Notes: a model not told the origin generated them from the letters alone. 34,039 nt of DNA from an uncultured Marinilabiliales bacterium (GCA_937877575.1 CALFIZ010000077.1:1-34039); one strand, 5' to 3'; numbered from the stretch's first letter, positions 1 to 8,836 are shown. Made by a program: numbers and translations.

Positions 1-47
1 CGGGCGGATTCTATCCGGTATTTATTCTGATATTTGTCGTCTGACAT
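1..47 (-). CDS. 5' end of a second copy of the RAYT-like HUH gene (partial, continues beyond the left window edge)
   Basis: The reverse complement of 1-47 reads ATG TCA GAC GAC AAA TAT CAG AAT AAA TAC CGG ATA GAA TCC GCC CG, i.e. MSDDKYQNKYRIESA. This is identical to the first 15 codons of the copy starting at 374. Not in the ORF track because it runs off the window. Confidence 0.6.
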   Translation of the reverse strand, partial: MSDDKYQNKYRIESA

Positions 48-53
48 TGTTGT

Positions 54-374
54 TTAATTTAGGGTTTTGTTTGTAGAGACGGTGTGCACACCGTCTCTAC
101 CTGCGGAAACGACAACAATGGCATGAACATGATTGGGCATAATGGTAAACAATGGGATATCGGCATAAGGGTAATGCGTTGAAACATTTTGAAATTGTTC
201 GGCGGCATATTTACCAACATCCGACAACACCATCACACCATCCTCAATCTCACCGAAAAAATGTTCGCGGTGTTTCGTGCAGATGGTGATGAAATAGGAA
301 CCGCCGCCATAATCGTGCCACCATGCGCGGGCGGATTCTATCCGGTATTTATTCTGATATTTGTCGTCTGACAT
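54..374 (-). pseudogene. Truncated IS200/IS605-type (REP-associated tyrosine transposase-like) HUH protein, N-terminal ~106 aa only
   Basis: Track ORF 54..473, with the likely start at the internal Met (MSDDKYQNKYRIESARAWWHDYGGGSYFITICTKHREHFFGEI...). The HUH motif is MPNHVHAIV. The ORF stops 17 codons after HUH, after reading through the palindrome (GRDGVHTVSTNKTLN*), so the C-terminal region that carries the catalytic Tyr in Y1 transposases is absent. Confidence 0.65.
73..100. repeat. 28-nt perfect palindrome (REP-like hairpin) GTAGAGACGGTGTGCACACCGTCTCTAC
   Basis: The reverse complement of the first 14 nt equals the last 14 nt exactly. It lies inside the 3' end of the truncated HUH ORF. 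Confidence 0.9.
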
Positions 375-433
375 TGTTGTTTGTTTTAGGGTTTTGTTTG
401 TAGAGACGGTGTGTACACCGTCTCTACATGCGG
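328..433. repeat. Direct repeat copy 2 (pairs with 1-106)
   Basis: Same alignment as above. It covers the start of the RAYT-like gene, a ~25-nt spacer and the palindrome. Confidence 0.9.
400..427. repeat. Second copy of the palindrome (one central mismatch), overlapping the lnt stop codon; possible terminator
   Basis: GTAGAGACGGTGTGTACACCGTCTCTAC. The lnt stop codon (TAG, 424-426, minus strand) lies inside the right arm. Confidence 0.85.
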
Positions 434-2034
434 TTACGCCTATTGGCGATACTGTTGATGATGGAAATAACAACCAATGCCAGTATTATGGAGACTGCTA
501 TGTCGGCAAGCCAGTCACCGAAACGGGAATAAAACGTCACCTTGTCGTTGAGGTTTATTGTCGCCTTAAATACATCGGGCTTCCAATACGGGGTTTTATT
601 GGTGATAACACCGCGCTGGTCAACGATGCAGGAAATACCGGTATTGGCCGAACGCGCTATGCTGCGCCTGTGCTCTATGGCGAGAATGCTTGCGTATGCA
701 CAGTGCTGGCGATAGCCCTGAGTGTCCCTCCACCATCCGTCATTTGTTGAGATGAACAGAACGTTGGCATTGTTTCTGACGTATTGGGCAACATGCGCAC
801 CGAACAATGATTCATAACATATTACGGAACCGATTACAGCCCTGCTGTTCATACTCCAGAACGGCATGATTTCCCTGTCCGTGCCGAGCGTGCCCACCGT
901 GCCCCCCAGGTCCAATGCAAACTTCTCGATGAACGGCATATATCTGATATACGGCATTATCTCCACTCCCGGGGTCAGCTTCGACTTGTGATGCAGTTGG
1001 AGCGTTTCGGTAGTGTCAATGAACATGTTGGTGTTGTAGGCATCATAAAATGTGCCGTTGCCTCTGTCACGCGCTGAAGCGGGATGCTCCTCGCCCTTGT
1101 CGTAAAACCTGTACGTGGAAGTCCCTACTACCACTGCCGCTCCGGGCGCGTTTTCACGCAGATACTCCCTGTAATAATTTATGTAATTGCACCGGCTCAG
1201 GTCATTCTCCCACGTCGTGGTCTGCATCATTGATTCAGGACACAATATGAAATCAGTGTTGCTGTCAACGAGAGGTGTCACCGTCGTGGCGAATCTTTCA
1301 AGAACCTCCGCCTCTGTAAGAGTGTATTGCTCGTAATACGGGTCACTGTTAGGCTGATATACGATGACGTCTATAGGCCTGCTCTCCTCTTTGTATGTGT
1401 TGAACATTATTACTGATATAATCATAGGTATGATGATTAAACATACCGGGACTGTCAGTTTGCGGAGAAGCACTTTAGTGTCATGTTTATCGATAAAATT
1501 ATCAATTGTCTTGAATATCAATATGTTGGCAAGCAACACCCAAAGTGTCCCGCCTTCTACTCCTGTAATGGAATACCATTGGATCAGTGACGGATTGGTG
1601 GCAAAGACATTTCCAAGATTGAGCCAGGGGAAATTGATTTCCCAAGTGTAGTGCAGCTTTTCAAAGCCGATCCAGAATGGTATAAGTGCCGCCTGACCTT
1701 TGTTTTTGTCGAAAGCATTGAATCTTACAAAATGGTAGATCTGAAATGTCAGTGTCATGAATAATGCGTTCAGCACACATGCTAAAATGCCGCCGACACC
1801 CGATGCATAGCAAATCCACCAGGTTGTGATGGCGTTGAATATGAGGAAGGCTGTGAAGGAATACACCATGATAAGCCATGACCCATGCTTGGTTTTGGCT
1901 CCAAGGTCTTTTTCAATCATTAGCAGGGGAATGAATGCCACGAATAATATCGGCGCAAAGCCGTAGGTAGGCCATGCGGCGGCAAGTAGCAGTCCGGAGA
2001 AAACAGACAGCAGAAGGTTTCTATATTTTTTCAT
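424..2034 (-). CDS. lnt: Apolipoprotein N-acyltransferase
   Basis: 536 aa. The N-terminal half is polytopic membrane. The C-terminal half is a CN-hydrolase domain with the Cys-containing motif GSVICYESLFG. The start overlaps the rnr stop by 1 nt (TAATG). Confidence 0.85.
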   Translation of the reverse strand: MKKYRNLLLSVFSGLLLAAAWPTYGFAPILFVAFIPLLMIEKDLGAKTKHGSWLIMVYSFTAFLIFNAITTWWICYASGVGGILACVLNALFMTLTFQIYHFVRFNAFDKNKGQAALIPFWIGFEKLHYTWEINFPWLNLGNVFATNPSLIQWYSITGVEGGTLWVLLANILIFKTIDNFIDKHDTKVLLRKLTVPVCLIIIPMIISVIMFNTYKEESRPIDVIVYQPNSDPYYEQYTLTEAEVLERFATTVTPLVDSNTDFILCPESMMQTTTWENDLSRCNYINYYREYLRENAPGAAVVVGTSTYRFYDKGEEHPASARDRGNGTFYDAYNTNMFIDTTETLQLHHKSKLTPGVEIMPYIRYMPFIEKFALDLGGTVGTLGTDREIMPFWSMNSRAVIGSVICYESLFGAHVAQYVRNNANVLFISTNDGWWRDTQGYRQHCAYASILAIEHRRSIARSANTGISCIVDQRGVITNKTPYWKPDVFKATINLNDKVTFYSRFGDWLADIAVSIILALVVISIINSIANRRNRM

Positions 2035-4259
2035 TATTCGTCAAATGCTAAATCCATTTGTTTTTGCTGGAGGTCCACTTTTTTGACAAGGACTTTCACC
2101 GGGTCGCCGAGTTTGTATGCCTTACCATGGTGGAAACCGAGAACCTGATAGTTGTCCTCGTCAAGATAGTAGAAGTCATCCTTCATTTCTTCAAGACGGA
2201 CCAGGCCTTCACCCTTGCAGATGTCAACGGCAACGAAAAGTCCCCATTTTGAGACACCGGAAATGACGCCGGAGCAGACTTTTCCGATATATCCGACCAT
2301 GTATTCCATCTGTTTCAGTTTGGTAGAGTCTCTTTCCGCATCGGCGGCACGCTTCTCCATTTCACTGCAATGGACGCATTTTTCCTCAAGTTCGGAATTT
2401 GAAGGCGTGTCTTTTTCTTTGCTGAGATAAGCCGAAAGCAGACGGTGAACCATGAGGTCGGGATAACGGCGGATCGGGGAGGTGAAATGTGTATAGAAGT
2501 CGAAAGCAAGTCCGTAGTGACCGATGTTAACGGTGGAATAGACGGCTTTGGCCATTGTGCGGACTGCAATTGTCGAAATCATGTTCTCCTCGGCCTTGCC
2601 CGATATGGCTTTAAACAATGTGTTGAGCGAAGTGGAGATGGTTTTGTTATTGGTGAGGTTTATCTTATAGCCTATCTTCGAGATGAAATCTGCAAATTGC
2701 TGCAGTTTGGCTTCATTCGGCTTGTCATGGACACGATAGACGAAAGGTTTGTATGAATCGGTGACCTTGTCCTTGCCGAAACGGGTTATCTGTTCGGCAA
2801 CGTTTCTGTTGGCAAGCAGCATGAACTCCTCAATGAGGTGGTTCGACTCCTTGCTTTCCTTGATATAGACTTCGATAGGTTTGCCCTCTTCATCGAGTTT
2901 GAACTTGACCTCTTCGGATCCGAAGTCTATTGCACCTTTCTTGAACCTGTTGTCACGCAGCTTTTTGGCGATTCCGTTAAGGATGGTGAGGATTTCGGAA
3001 AAATCATCTTTGGTTTTCCCTTCGATGATATCCTGCGCCTCATCGTAATTCATGCGCCTGTTGGAGTTGATGACGGTTCTGCCGAACCATGCATTGTGGA
3101 CCTTGGCGTTTTTATCCATCTGGAATACAGCGGAGAAACAAAGTTTGTCAACGTTTGGCTGCAGTGAACACAGGTTGTTGCTGAGTGTTTCCGGCAGCAT
3201 TGGAATAGTGCGGTCAACGAGATATACCGACGTGCCGCGGTCAAATGCCTCCTCGTCAATGATAGAGCCAGGTTTCACATAATATGACACATCGGCAATA
3301 TGGACACCGATTTCATAAATGCCGCCGTTGAGGGATTCTATCGATATCGCATCATCGAAATCCTTGGCATCGGCAGGGGCAATGGTGAATGTGGTGATTT
3401 TTCTGAAGTCTCTTCTGCGCTTGTATTCCTCAGCCGGTATGGTGGTCGGTATTTTTTGAGCCTCACGTTCGACATGTTCAGGAAAATGTGTCGGAAATGC
3501 GTTGTTCACGAGGATTGACATCATCTCAACGTTGTTGTCACCCGGTTTGCCGAGGACTTCCACCACTTTGCCTATGGGGTTCTTGGATTTTGCGGGCCAT
3601 TCGACCAGCTCCACAACAACTTTCTCGCCGTCTTTGGCATTGTCGGTGTCTTCGATGGGGATGAAGAAATCCGCCGGTGTGCAGTCGCCGTCAATTACAA
3701 CAAAAGCATATTTTCTCGACAACTGGATGACTCCGACAAACTGGTTTTTCTCACGCTTCACGACTTCTATGACCTTGCCTTCAAGCTTTCTGTCTTTGCG
3801 CTTGGGGAATAGCCTTACCTTTACGGTATCTTTGTTGAAGGCAGTGCCGGTGTTGCCGGAAGCGATGAATACGTCTTCATCTTCACCGGGGACTATCACA
3901 TAGCCTTTCCCGGTTGATTTGATTTCGATTTTGCCCTCAAGGATTGTACCCTGCGGCTCGTTCATTTCCGCAACTTCAGGGTTCAGTTGGAATTTGCCGC
4001 GGGAAACTTCAAGGATGGCCTCCACCGATTTCAGGTCGTTGAGCATGTTTTTTACCAAGTCACGGCTTGCCTTGTCCTCAATTCCGAGCTGTGAGGCTAT
4101 CTGCCGATAGTTAAATGTCTCTAATGGGTTGGTTGTGAATATGTCAAGGATTTTGGCCATGAAGCTGTTCTTCTTCAGTCTGCTTATCTCCAGTGAAGTG
4201 TTTCTCCTGGCTTTGCCTTTCTTGTTGCTTTTACTTTTCTTGTTGTTCGATTTTTTCAT
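2034..4259 (-). CDS. rnr: Ribonuclease R
   Basis: 741 aa with a Lys-rich N-terminus, cold-shock-like region, RNB catalytic core (FTIAPADAKDFDDAISIE, HYGLAFDFYTHFTSPIRRYPDL) and a C-terminal S1-like domain. Confidence 0.9.
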   Translation of the reverse strand: MKKSNNKKSKSNKKGKARRNTSLEISRLKKNSFMAKILDIFTTNPLETFNYRQIASQLGIEDKASRDLVKNMLNDLKSVEAILEVSRGKFQLNPEVAEMNEPQGTILEGKIEIKSTGKGYVIVPGEDEDVFIASGNTGTAFNKDTVKVRLFPKRKDRKLEGKVIEVVKREKNQFVGVIQLSRKYAFVVIDGDCTPADFFIPIEDTDNAKDGEKVVVELVEWPAKSKNPIGKVVEVLGKPGDNNVEMMSILVNNAFPTHFPEHVEREAQKIPTTIPAEEYKRRRDFRKITTFTIAPADAKDFDDAISIESLNGGIYEIGVHIADVSYYVKPGSIIDEEAFDRGTSVYLVDRTIPMLPETLSNNLCSLQPNVDKLCFSAVFQMDKNAKVHNAWFGRTVINSNRRMNYDEAQDIIEGKTKDDFSEILTILNGIAKKLRDNRFKKGAIDFGSEEVKFKLDEEGKPIEVYIKESKESNHLIEEFMLLANRNVAEQITRFGKDKVTDSYKPFVYRVHDKPNEAKLQQFADFISKIGYKINLTNNKTISTSLNTLFKAISGKAEENMISTIAVRTMAKAVYSTVNIGHYGLAFDFYTHFTSPIRRYPDLMVHRLLSAYLSKEKDTPSNSELEEKCVHCSEMEKRAADAERDSTKLKQMEYMVGYIGKVCSGVISGVSKWGLFVAVDICKGEGLVRLEEMKDDFYYLDEDNYQVLGFHHGKAYKLGDPVKVLVKKVDLQQKQMDLAFDE

Positions 4260-4274
4260 TTTAATAATATACTT

Positions 4275-5993
4275 TTACAGTGTGGAGTTTATCAGGTTTT
4301 GCGTGTATTCCTCCTTGGGGTCATTGATTATATTAAACGGTGTGCCTTTCTCAATTATTGCACCGTCCTTCATAACTATCAGATTGTCGGAAACATGGTT
4401 GACGACTGCTATGTCATGGGTGATGAACATCATGCTGAGGCCGAATTCGTTCATAAGCTGCTGTAACAGATTCAGCACCTTGGCTTGGACGGACACATCG
4501 AGCGACGACACCGGTTCATCGCAAATCAGAAGTTTCGGGTCGAGAGTCAACGCCCGCGCAATACATATCCTTTGTCGCTGTCCGCCTGAAAACTCGTGAG
4601 GGTATTTGTAGAAATCGGATTGGCTAAGTCCCACTTTGTCAAGAAGATATTTTATCTTCTCCATGCGCTGTATGTTGTTGTCGAGCATGTTGTGGACGAT
4701 GAGCGGTTCCATCAGAATCGAGCCGACTGACAGTTTTGGGTTCAGTGATGAATACGGGTCCTGGAAAACCATCTGGATTTCCCGGCAGATTTGTTTTTTC
4801 TCTTTCCGTTTTATCGACAGGATGTCGGTGCCTTTGAATAATATTTTGCCCGACGTAGGCTTCAGAAGTCCTGCAATTGCATTGGCTGTCGTGGATTTTC
4901 CGCATCCCGATTCACCGAGGATTCCCAGTGTCTCACCTTCGTGGATAGTGAAGGAGATGTCATTCACGGCGTTGACATAGCTTGTGGTTTTTCCAAAGAA
5001 ACTGTGTGACTTTGGGTATTTGATTACGAGGTTTTCGACTGTAAGCAGAGGCTTGTCGAACTTTTTCGGTTCGATTTCTTTAATTGTAAGGGAATCAATG
5101 TATTGCTGAACGTTGAAGTCTTTGTCCTTTGAGGAACAGTCTTCTATGTCTTCAATGGTGGGAAGATGGCGGAGACGGCTGCGAAGAGGCGGACGGCAGG
5201 CGAGAAGCCCCATTGTATAAGGACATTGCGGCCGGTTGAAGATATCATCGGCAGTGCCTGTTTCCACCACCTTACCTTTATTCATAACCACAACATAATC
5301 AGCTATTTCATGAATTATACCGAGGTTATGGGATATCATGATGACAGCCATGTTGTGTTTTTGTTGAAGTGATTTCAGCAAATTGATGATACGTTTCTGT
5401 ACGCTGACATCCAGAGCTGTGGTGGGCTCATCGGCTATGATGATGTCGGGACGGCAGGCGATGGCAATGGCTATCATTACGCGCTGGCGCTGACCTCCGG
5501 AGATTTCATGGGGATATGATTTGAAGATGTGTTCAGGTCGTGGCAGTCCCACTTCTTCAAAGAGTCCGATGGTTTCATTGTATGCCTCTTCCTTAGTCTT
5601 ATGCAGGTGAATCCGCAGTGCCTCGGTGACCTGTTTTCCGCATCTTATCGAAGGATTAAGTGATGTCATCGGCGTCTGGAAGATGCAGCTGATTCTATGC
5701 CCCCTGAAATTGATGAGGCTCTTTTCGGAAGCATCCAACAGGTTGGTCTCGTTTCCGTTTTTATCTGTAAACACTGCTTCTCCGCTGTCGATTCGGGCAG
5801 GAGGGTAGTCAAGAAGCTTTATCAGTGACAGTGTCGTGACCGTTTTCCCTGAGCCTGACTCTCCGACTATGCCGAGTATTTTTCCACGGTTGACTGTAAA
5901 GGACACGTTCTCAACAACCTTCCTGTAAACCGCATCAGAAAGAAATGACAGCGAGAAATCCTTAAGAGTCAATATGGTGTTGTTTTGCTGCAT
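4275..5993 (-). CDS. ABC transporter ATP-binding protein with two fused Opp/Dpp-type nucleotide-binding domains
   Basis: Two Walker A motifs (GESGSGKT, GESGCGKS), two signature motifs (ISGGQRQR, FSGGQRQR) and an oligopeptide-type C-terminal extension after NBD1 (FNRPQCPYTMGLL). The start is ambiguous: the track ORF begins at 6008 (MIFIFMQQ). I prefer the ATG at 5993, which leaves a ~20-nt leader after the -7 box. Confidence 0.85.
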   Translation of the reverse strand: MQQNNTILTLKDFSLSFLSDAVYRKVVENVSFTVNRGKILGIVGESGSGKTVTTLSLIKLLDYPPARIDSGEAVFTDKNGNETNLLDASEKSLINFRGHRISCIFQTPMTSLNPSIRCGKQVTEALRIHLHKTKEEAYNETIGLFEEVGLPRPEHIFKSYPHEISGGQRQRVMIAIAIACRPDIIIADEPTTALDVSVQKRIINLLKSLQQKHNMAVIMISHNLGIIHEIADYVVVMNKGKVVETGTADDIFNRPQCPYTMGLLACRPPLRSRLRHLPTIEDIEDCSSKDKDFNVQQYIDSLTIKEIEPKKFDKPLLTVENLVIKYPKSHSFFGKTTSYVNAVNDISFTIHEGETLGILGESGCGKSTTANAIAGLLKPTSGKILFKGTDILSIKRKEKKQICREIQMVFQDPYSSLNPKLSVGSILMEPLIVHNMLDNNIQRMEKIKYLLDKVGLSQSDFYKYPHEFSGGQRQRICIARALTLDPKLLICDEPVSSLDVSVQAKVLNLLQQLMNEFGLSMMFITHDIAVVNHVSDNLIVMKDGAIIEKGTPFNIINDPKEEYTQNLINSTL

Positions 5994-6019
5994 AAATATA
6001 AAAATCAATCACATATTTG

Positions 6020-6027
6020 CAAAGGTA
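6020..6027 (-). promoter_or_regulatory. Bacteroidota -7 promoter box TACCTTTG (minus strand) for the ABC ATPase-rnr-lnt operon
   Basis: The plus strand reads caaaggta. It matches the TAnnTTTG consensus in its extended form TACCTTTGCAAA, and lies 27 nt upstream of the 5993 start. Confidence 0.55.
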
Positions 6028-6039
6028 TAAAAAAAAAAT

Positions 6040-6047
6040 TACTTTTG
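6040..6047 (+). promoter_or_regulatory. Bacteroidota -7 promoter box TACTTTTG for efp
   Basis: TAnnTTTG match 30 nt upstream of the efp ATG, arranged divergently from the 6020-6027 box. Confidence 0.5.
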
Positions 6048-6076
6048 CGGCCGAAATAAATTAATAGTAAATTTTT

Positions 6077-6643
6077 ATGGCAACAACGGCAGATATTAGA
6101 AACGGATTGTGCATTGAATTCAATGGTGACCTTTGGACAGTTGTTGAATTTCAGCACGTAAAGCCAGGCAAGGGTCCTGCTTTCGTTAGAACAAAACTGA
6201 AAAATTTAAGAACAGGCAGAGTGCTTGACAACACGTTCACATCGGGTGTAAAAATAGAAGTTGCACGTGTTGAAAGACGCCAGTACCAGTTTTCATACAA
6301 GGATGACTTGGGCTATCATTTCATGAATCAGGAGACATGGGAAGAGGTTCAGATTGAGGAATCTTTAATCAATGCCCCTCAGTTCCTTCTCGAGGGACAG
6401 ACTGTTGAAATAGTATTCCATGCTGATACCGAGACTCCGCTTTCATGTGAGCTTCCTCCATTCGTTGACCTGACGGTTACATATACCGAACCGGGCGTTA
6501 AGGGCAATACTGCTACCAACACTCTCAAGGACGGTACCGTCGAAACCGGTGCAAACGTCCGTATCCCTCTGTTTATCAGCGAAGGCGAGAGAATCAGAGT
6601 CGATACCCGTACAGGTGAATATTCTGAAAGAATCAAAGATTAA
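6077..6643 (+). CDS. efp: Elongation factor P
   Basis: 188 aa. [47 protein letters not shown] is the canonical EF-P domain I, with the KPGKG loop. Confidence 0.95.
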   Translation: MATTADIRNGLCIEFNGDLWTVVEFQHVKPGKGPAFVRTKLKNLRTGRVLDNTFTSGVKIEVARVERRQYQFSYKDDLGYHFMNQETWEEVQIEESLINAPQFLLEGQTVEIVFHADTETPLSCELPPFVDLTVTYTEPGVKGNTATNTLKDGTVETGANVRIPLFISEGERIRVDTRTGEYSERIKD

Positions 6644-6649
6644 ATTTCA

Positions 6650-7585
6650 ATGAAATTTAAGGACAAAGTTTCCCTTGATCTGATACTCCAGATTACGGGT
6701 GCTAAACCGCTTGGCAATCTGGAGGTCAGCATTACGGGAATAAATGAGATTCATACAGTTGAGAGTGGTGACATCTCCTTTGTCGATAGTCCGAAGTATT
6801 ACGACAGGATGCTCAAGTCAAAGGCAAGCGTAATACTTATAAACAGCGACAAGGTCAGCATTCCAGAGGGGAAACTGTTGCTGGTGACGGACGATCCCTT
6901 TGACGCTTACATGCGCATAGTGGAAAGATTCAAACCTTTTGTTCCGTGCTCATCATCAATAAGTCCAACTGCTAAAATAGGTGAAGGTACTGTCATCCAG
7001 CCTAATGCATTTGTCGGGAACAACGTGGTGATTGGCAAAAATTGCCTCATCCATTCAAATGTTTCAATATACGACAACTGTATCATCGGTGACAATGTCA
7101 TCATTCATGCGGGAAGCGTATTAGGGGCTGATGCCTATTATTTCCAGAAACATAACGGCACTTACCGCAAGTTTCTGTCAAGCGGTAACGTCGTCATCGG
7201 CAACAATGTGGAGATTGGGGCATTGTGTACAATTGACAAAGGTGTCAGCAATGACACGATAGTCGGCGACGGCACAAAGTTCGACAACCACGTGCAGGTG
7301 GGACATGACACGAGGATAGGCAAAAACTGCCTTATCGGATGTCATTGTTCGATAGCCGGTGTCACGGTAATCGAGGACGATGTGCTTATATGGGCTGATG
7401 CCTCAATAAATAAGGATTTGGTGATAGGCAAGGGTACCGTTGTGCTTGCGACATCGGCTGTTGACAAGTCGTTGGAGCCGGGCAGTATCGTCTTCGGCGT
7501 GCCTGCCGACAATGCCTGGAAGCGGTGGAGAGAACTCGCTGCACTGAGAAGACTCCCTGCCATAATAAAGAAGTTGGATGTCTAA
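6650..7585 (+). CDS. lpxD: UDP-3-O-acylglucosamine N-acyltransferase family protein (short LpxD-like paralogue)
   Basis: 311 aa. The N-terminal domain is LpxD-type (ITGAKPLGN...ITGINEIHTVESGDISFVDSPKYYDRMLKSKASVILIN), followed by left-handed beta-helix hexapeptide repeats (IGEGTVIQPNAFVGNNVVIGKNCLIHSNVSIYDNCIIGDNVIIH). It is shorter than a typical LpxD of about 340 aa. Confidence 0.6.
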   Translation: MKFKDKVSLDLILQITGAKPLGNLEVSITGINEIHTVESGDISFVDSPKYYDRMLKSKASVILINSDKVSIPEGKLLLVTDDPFDAYMRIVERFKPFVPCSSSISPTAKIGEGTVIQPNAFVGNNVVIGKNCLIHSNVSIYDNCIIGDNVIIHAGSVLGADAYYFQKHNGTYRKFLSSGNVVIGNNVEIGALCTIDKGVSNDTIVGDGTKFDNHVQVGHDTRIGKNCLIGCHCSIAGVTVIEDDVLIWADASINKDLVIGKGTVVLATSAVDKSLEPGSIVFGVPADNAWKRWRELAALRRLPAIIKKLDV

Positions 7586-8138
7586 GCTCAGAGCCAAACT
7601 TGCCGGGTTCACGTTAAAGCTCTTCGGATGGGACACCCGGCAGCTGAACGGCTTCTACAAGGTTCCCAAGGCTGTCGTAATCATGGCGCCGCATACGAGC
7701 ATGAATGATTTCACCATAGGGAGACTTGCCGCTTGGGCATACGAGAAACCTGCCGGTTTCTTTATGAAAAAGGAAGCACTCGACTGGCCTATAGCGGGAA
7801 AGTTGCTGGCTAAAATGGGAGCTATCGGTATTGATCGCGGGAATGTGGCCAATCACAATGTTGAACTCGCTGCAGAACGCCTGAAAAATAGCGATGAACT
7901 GTGGATAGTGATTACACCGGAAGGTACGCGCAAGAAAGTCAAACGTTGGAAATCCGGTTTCTATAAAATAGCACAAATGGCTGAAGTACCGATACTTATA
8001 ACTATTTTGGACTATAAGAAGAAAATAATTACTATCGCTGATGAGTTTCATCCGACAGGAGACTATGAGGCGGACCTCCCGATTATAAAAAAATATTTTG
8101 AAGGGGTTACACCAAAACATCCTGAATTTAAAACGTAA
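7578..8138 (+). CDS. PlsC-family (lysophospholipid/1-acylglycerol-3-phosphate type) acyltransferase, small
   Basis: 186 aa. HX4D motif APHTSMNDF and a later ITPEGTR motif. It overlaps the upstream lpxD-like gene by 8 nt. Confidence 0.7.
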   Translation: MSKLRAKLAGFTLKLFGWDTRQLNGFYKVPKAVVIMAPHTSMNDFTIGRLAAWAYEKPAGFFMKKEALDWPIAGKLLAKMGAIGIDRGNVANHNVELAAERLKNSDELWIVITPEGTRKKVKRWKSGFYKIAQMAEVPILITILDYKKKIITIADEFHPTGDYEADLPIIKKYFEGVTPKHPEFKT

Positions 8139-8251
8139 TTTAAATTTAAATGGTATGTCTGAATTGTCGCAATGGACTTCCTGCAATGAGAAATGCCGTT
8201 TAACAACAAATACTTGAGAATTAAACCAGAAGTCCGCAAAAATTAAAAACT

Positions 8252-8794
8252 ATGGAACTAAAAGGATCAATCACGGAACAGAATCTGAAAACCGCTTTTG
8301 CCGGCGAATCACAGGCAAGAAACAAGTACTCCTACTATGCTTCAAAAGCAAGAAAGGAAGGATATGTGCAGATAGCAAATCTTTTTGAAGAGACTGCAGC
8401 CAACGAAAAGGAACATGCTAAAATATGGTTCAAATTATTACAGAAGGACGGTGAAATTCCAGACACTATGACCAATCTGTTAGATGCAGCTGAAGGCGAA
8501 AACTACGAATGGACGGATATGTATGCGGGTTTCGCAAAGACTGCCAAGGAAGAAGGCTTCACCAAGATAGCCAAACTCTTCGAGATGGTGGGTGAAATCG
8601 AGAAACATCACGAGGAACGTTATCGCAAACTGCTGGCCAACATAAAGGACGGCATCGTTTTCTCACGCGACAATGATATGATATGGCAGTGCTCCAACTG
8701 CGGACATATTGTCATCGGAAAGAAGGCTCCTGAAATGTGCCCTGTATGCGCACACCCGAAGGCTTATTTCCAGATTGTGGCTGAGAACTACTAA
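8252..8794 (+). CDS. rbr: Rubrerythrin
   Basis: 180 aa. Ferritin-like di-iron domain ([49 protein letters not shown]) plus a C-terminal rubredoxin-like CxxC...CxxC (CSNCGH...CPVCAHP). Confidence 0.95.
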   Translation: MELKGSITEQNLKTAFAGESQARNKYSYYASKARKEGYVQIANLFEETAANEKEHAKIWFKLLQKDGEIPDTMTNLLDAAEGENYEWTDMYAGFAKTAKEEGFTKIAKLFEMVGEIEKHHEERYRKLLANIKDGIVFSRDNDMIWQCSNCGHIVIGKKAPEMCPVCAHPKAYFQIVAENY

Positions 8795-8836
8795 TATCAA
8801 AATGGTGGAAAGTTTTCCGTCACTGCATATCATTGC

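Larger units (their letters stand above)
1..106. repeat. Direct repeat copy 1 (pairs with 328-433, period 327 bp)
   Basis: Hand alignment gives 102 of 106 positions identical to 328-433. Mismatches are at 56, 57, 87 and 101. Similarity is lost after about 106/433. Confidence 0.9.

Noticed and set aside
375-473. N-terminal extension of track ORF 54..473 (MLFPSSTVSPIGVTACRDGVHTVSTNKTLKQTT-) upstream of the MSDDKY start
   Set aside because: It is a read-through of the palindrome and spacer of the neighbouring repeat unit, and it overlaps the lnt 3' end. The repeat copy at 1-47 shows that the conserved gene start is the MSDDKY Met.
361-750. 129-aa plus-strand ORF
   Set aside because: It is entirely antisense to the well-supported lnt CDS and the repeat element, and the sequence is low-complexity and unrecognisable.
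7614-8186. 190-aa minus-strand ORF
   Set aside because: It is antisense to the PlsC-like acyltransferase, which has clear motifs. It has no recognisable motifs and no promoter box.
8139-8251. Possible peroxide-responsive operator or promoter upstream of rubrerythrin (repeated GCAATG, AATTTAAATTTAAAT)
   Set aside because: There are only short, low-complexity repeats and no clear palindrome or TAnnTTTG box. That is not enough to call a site.
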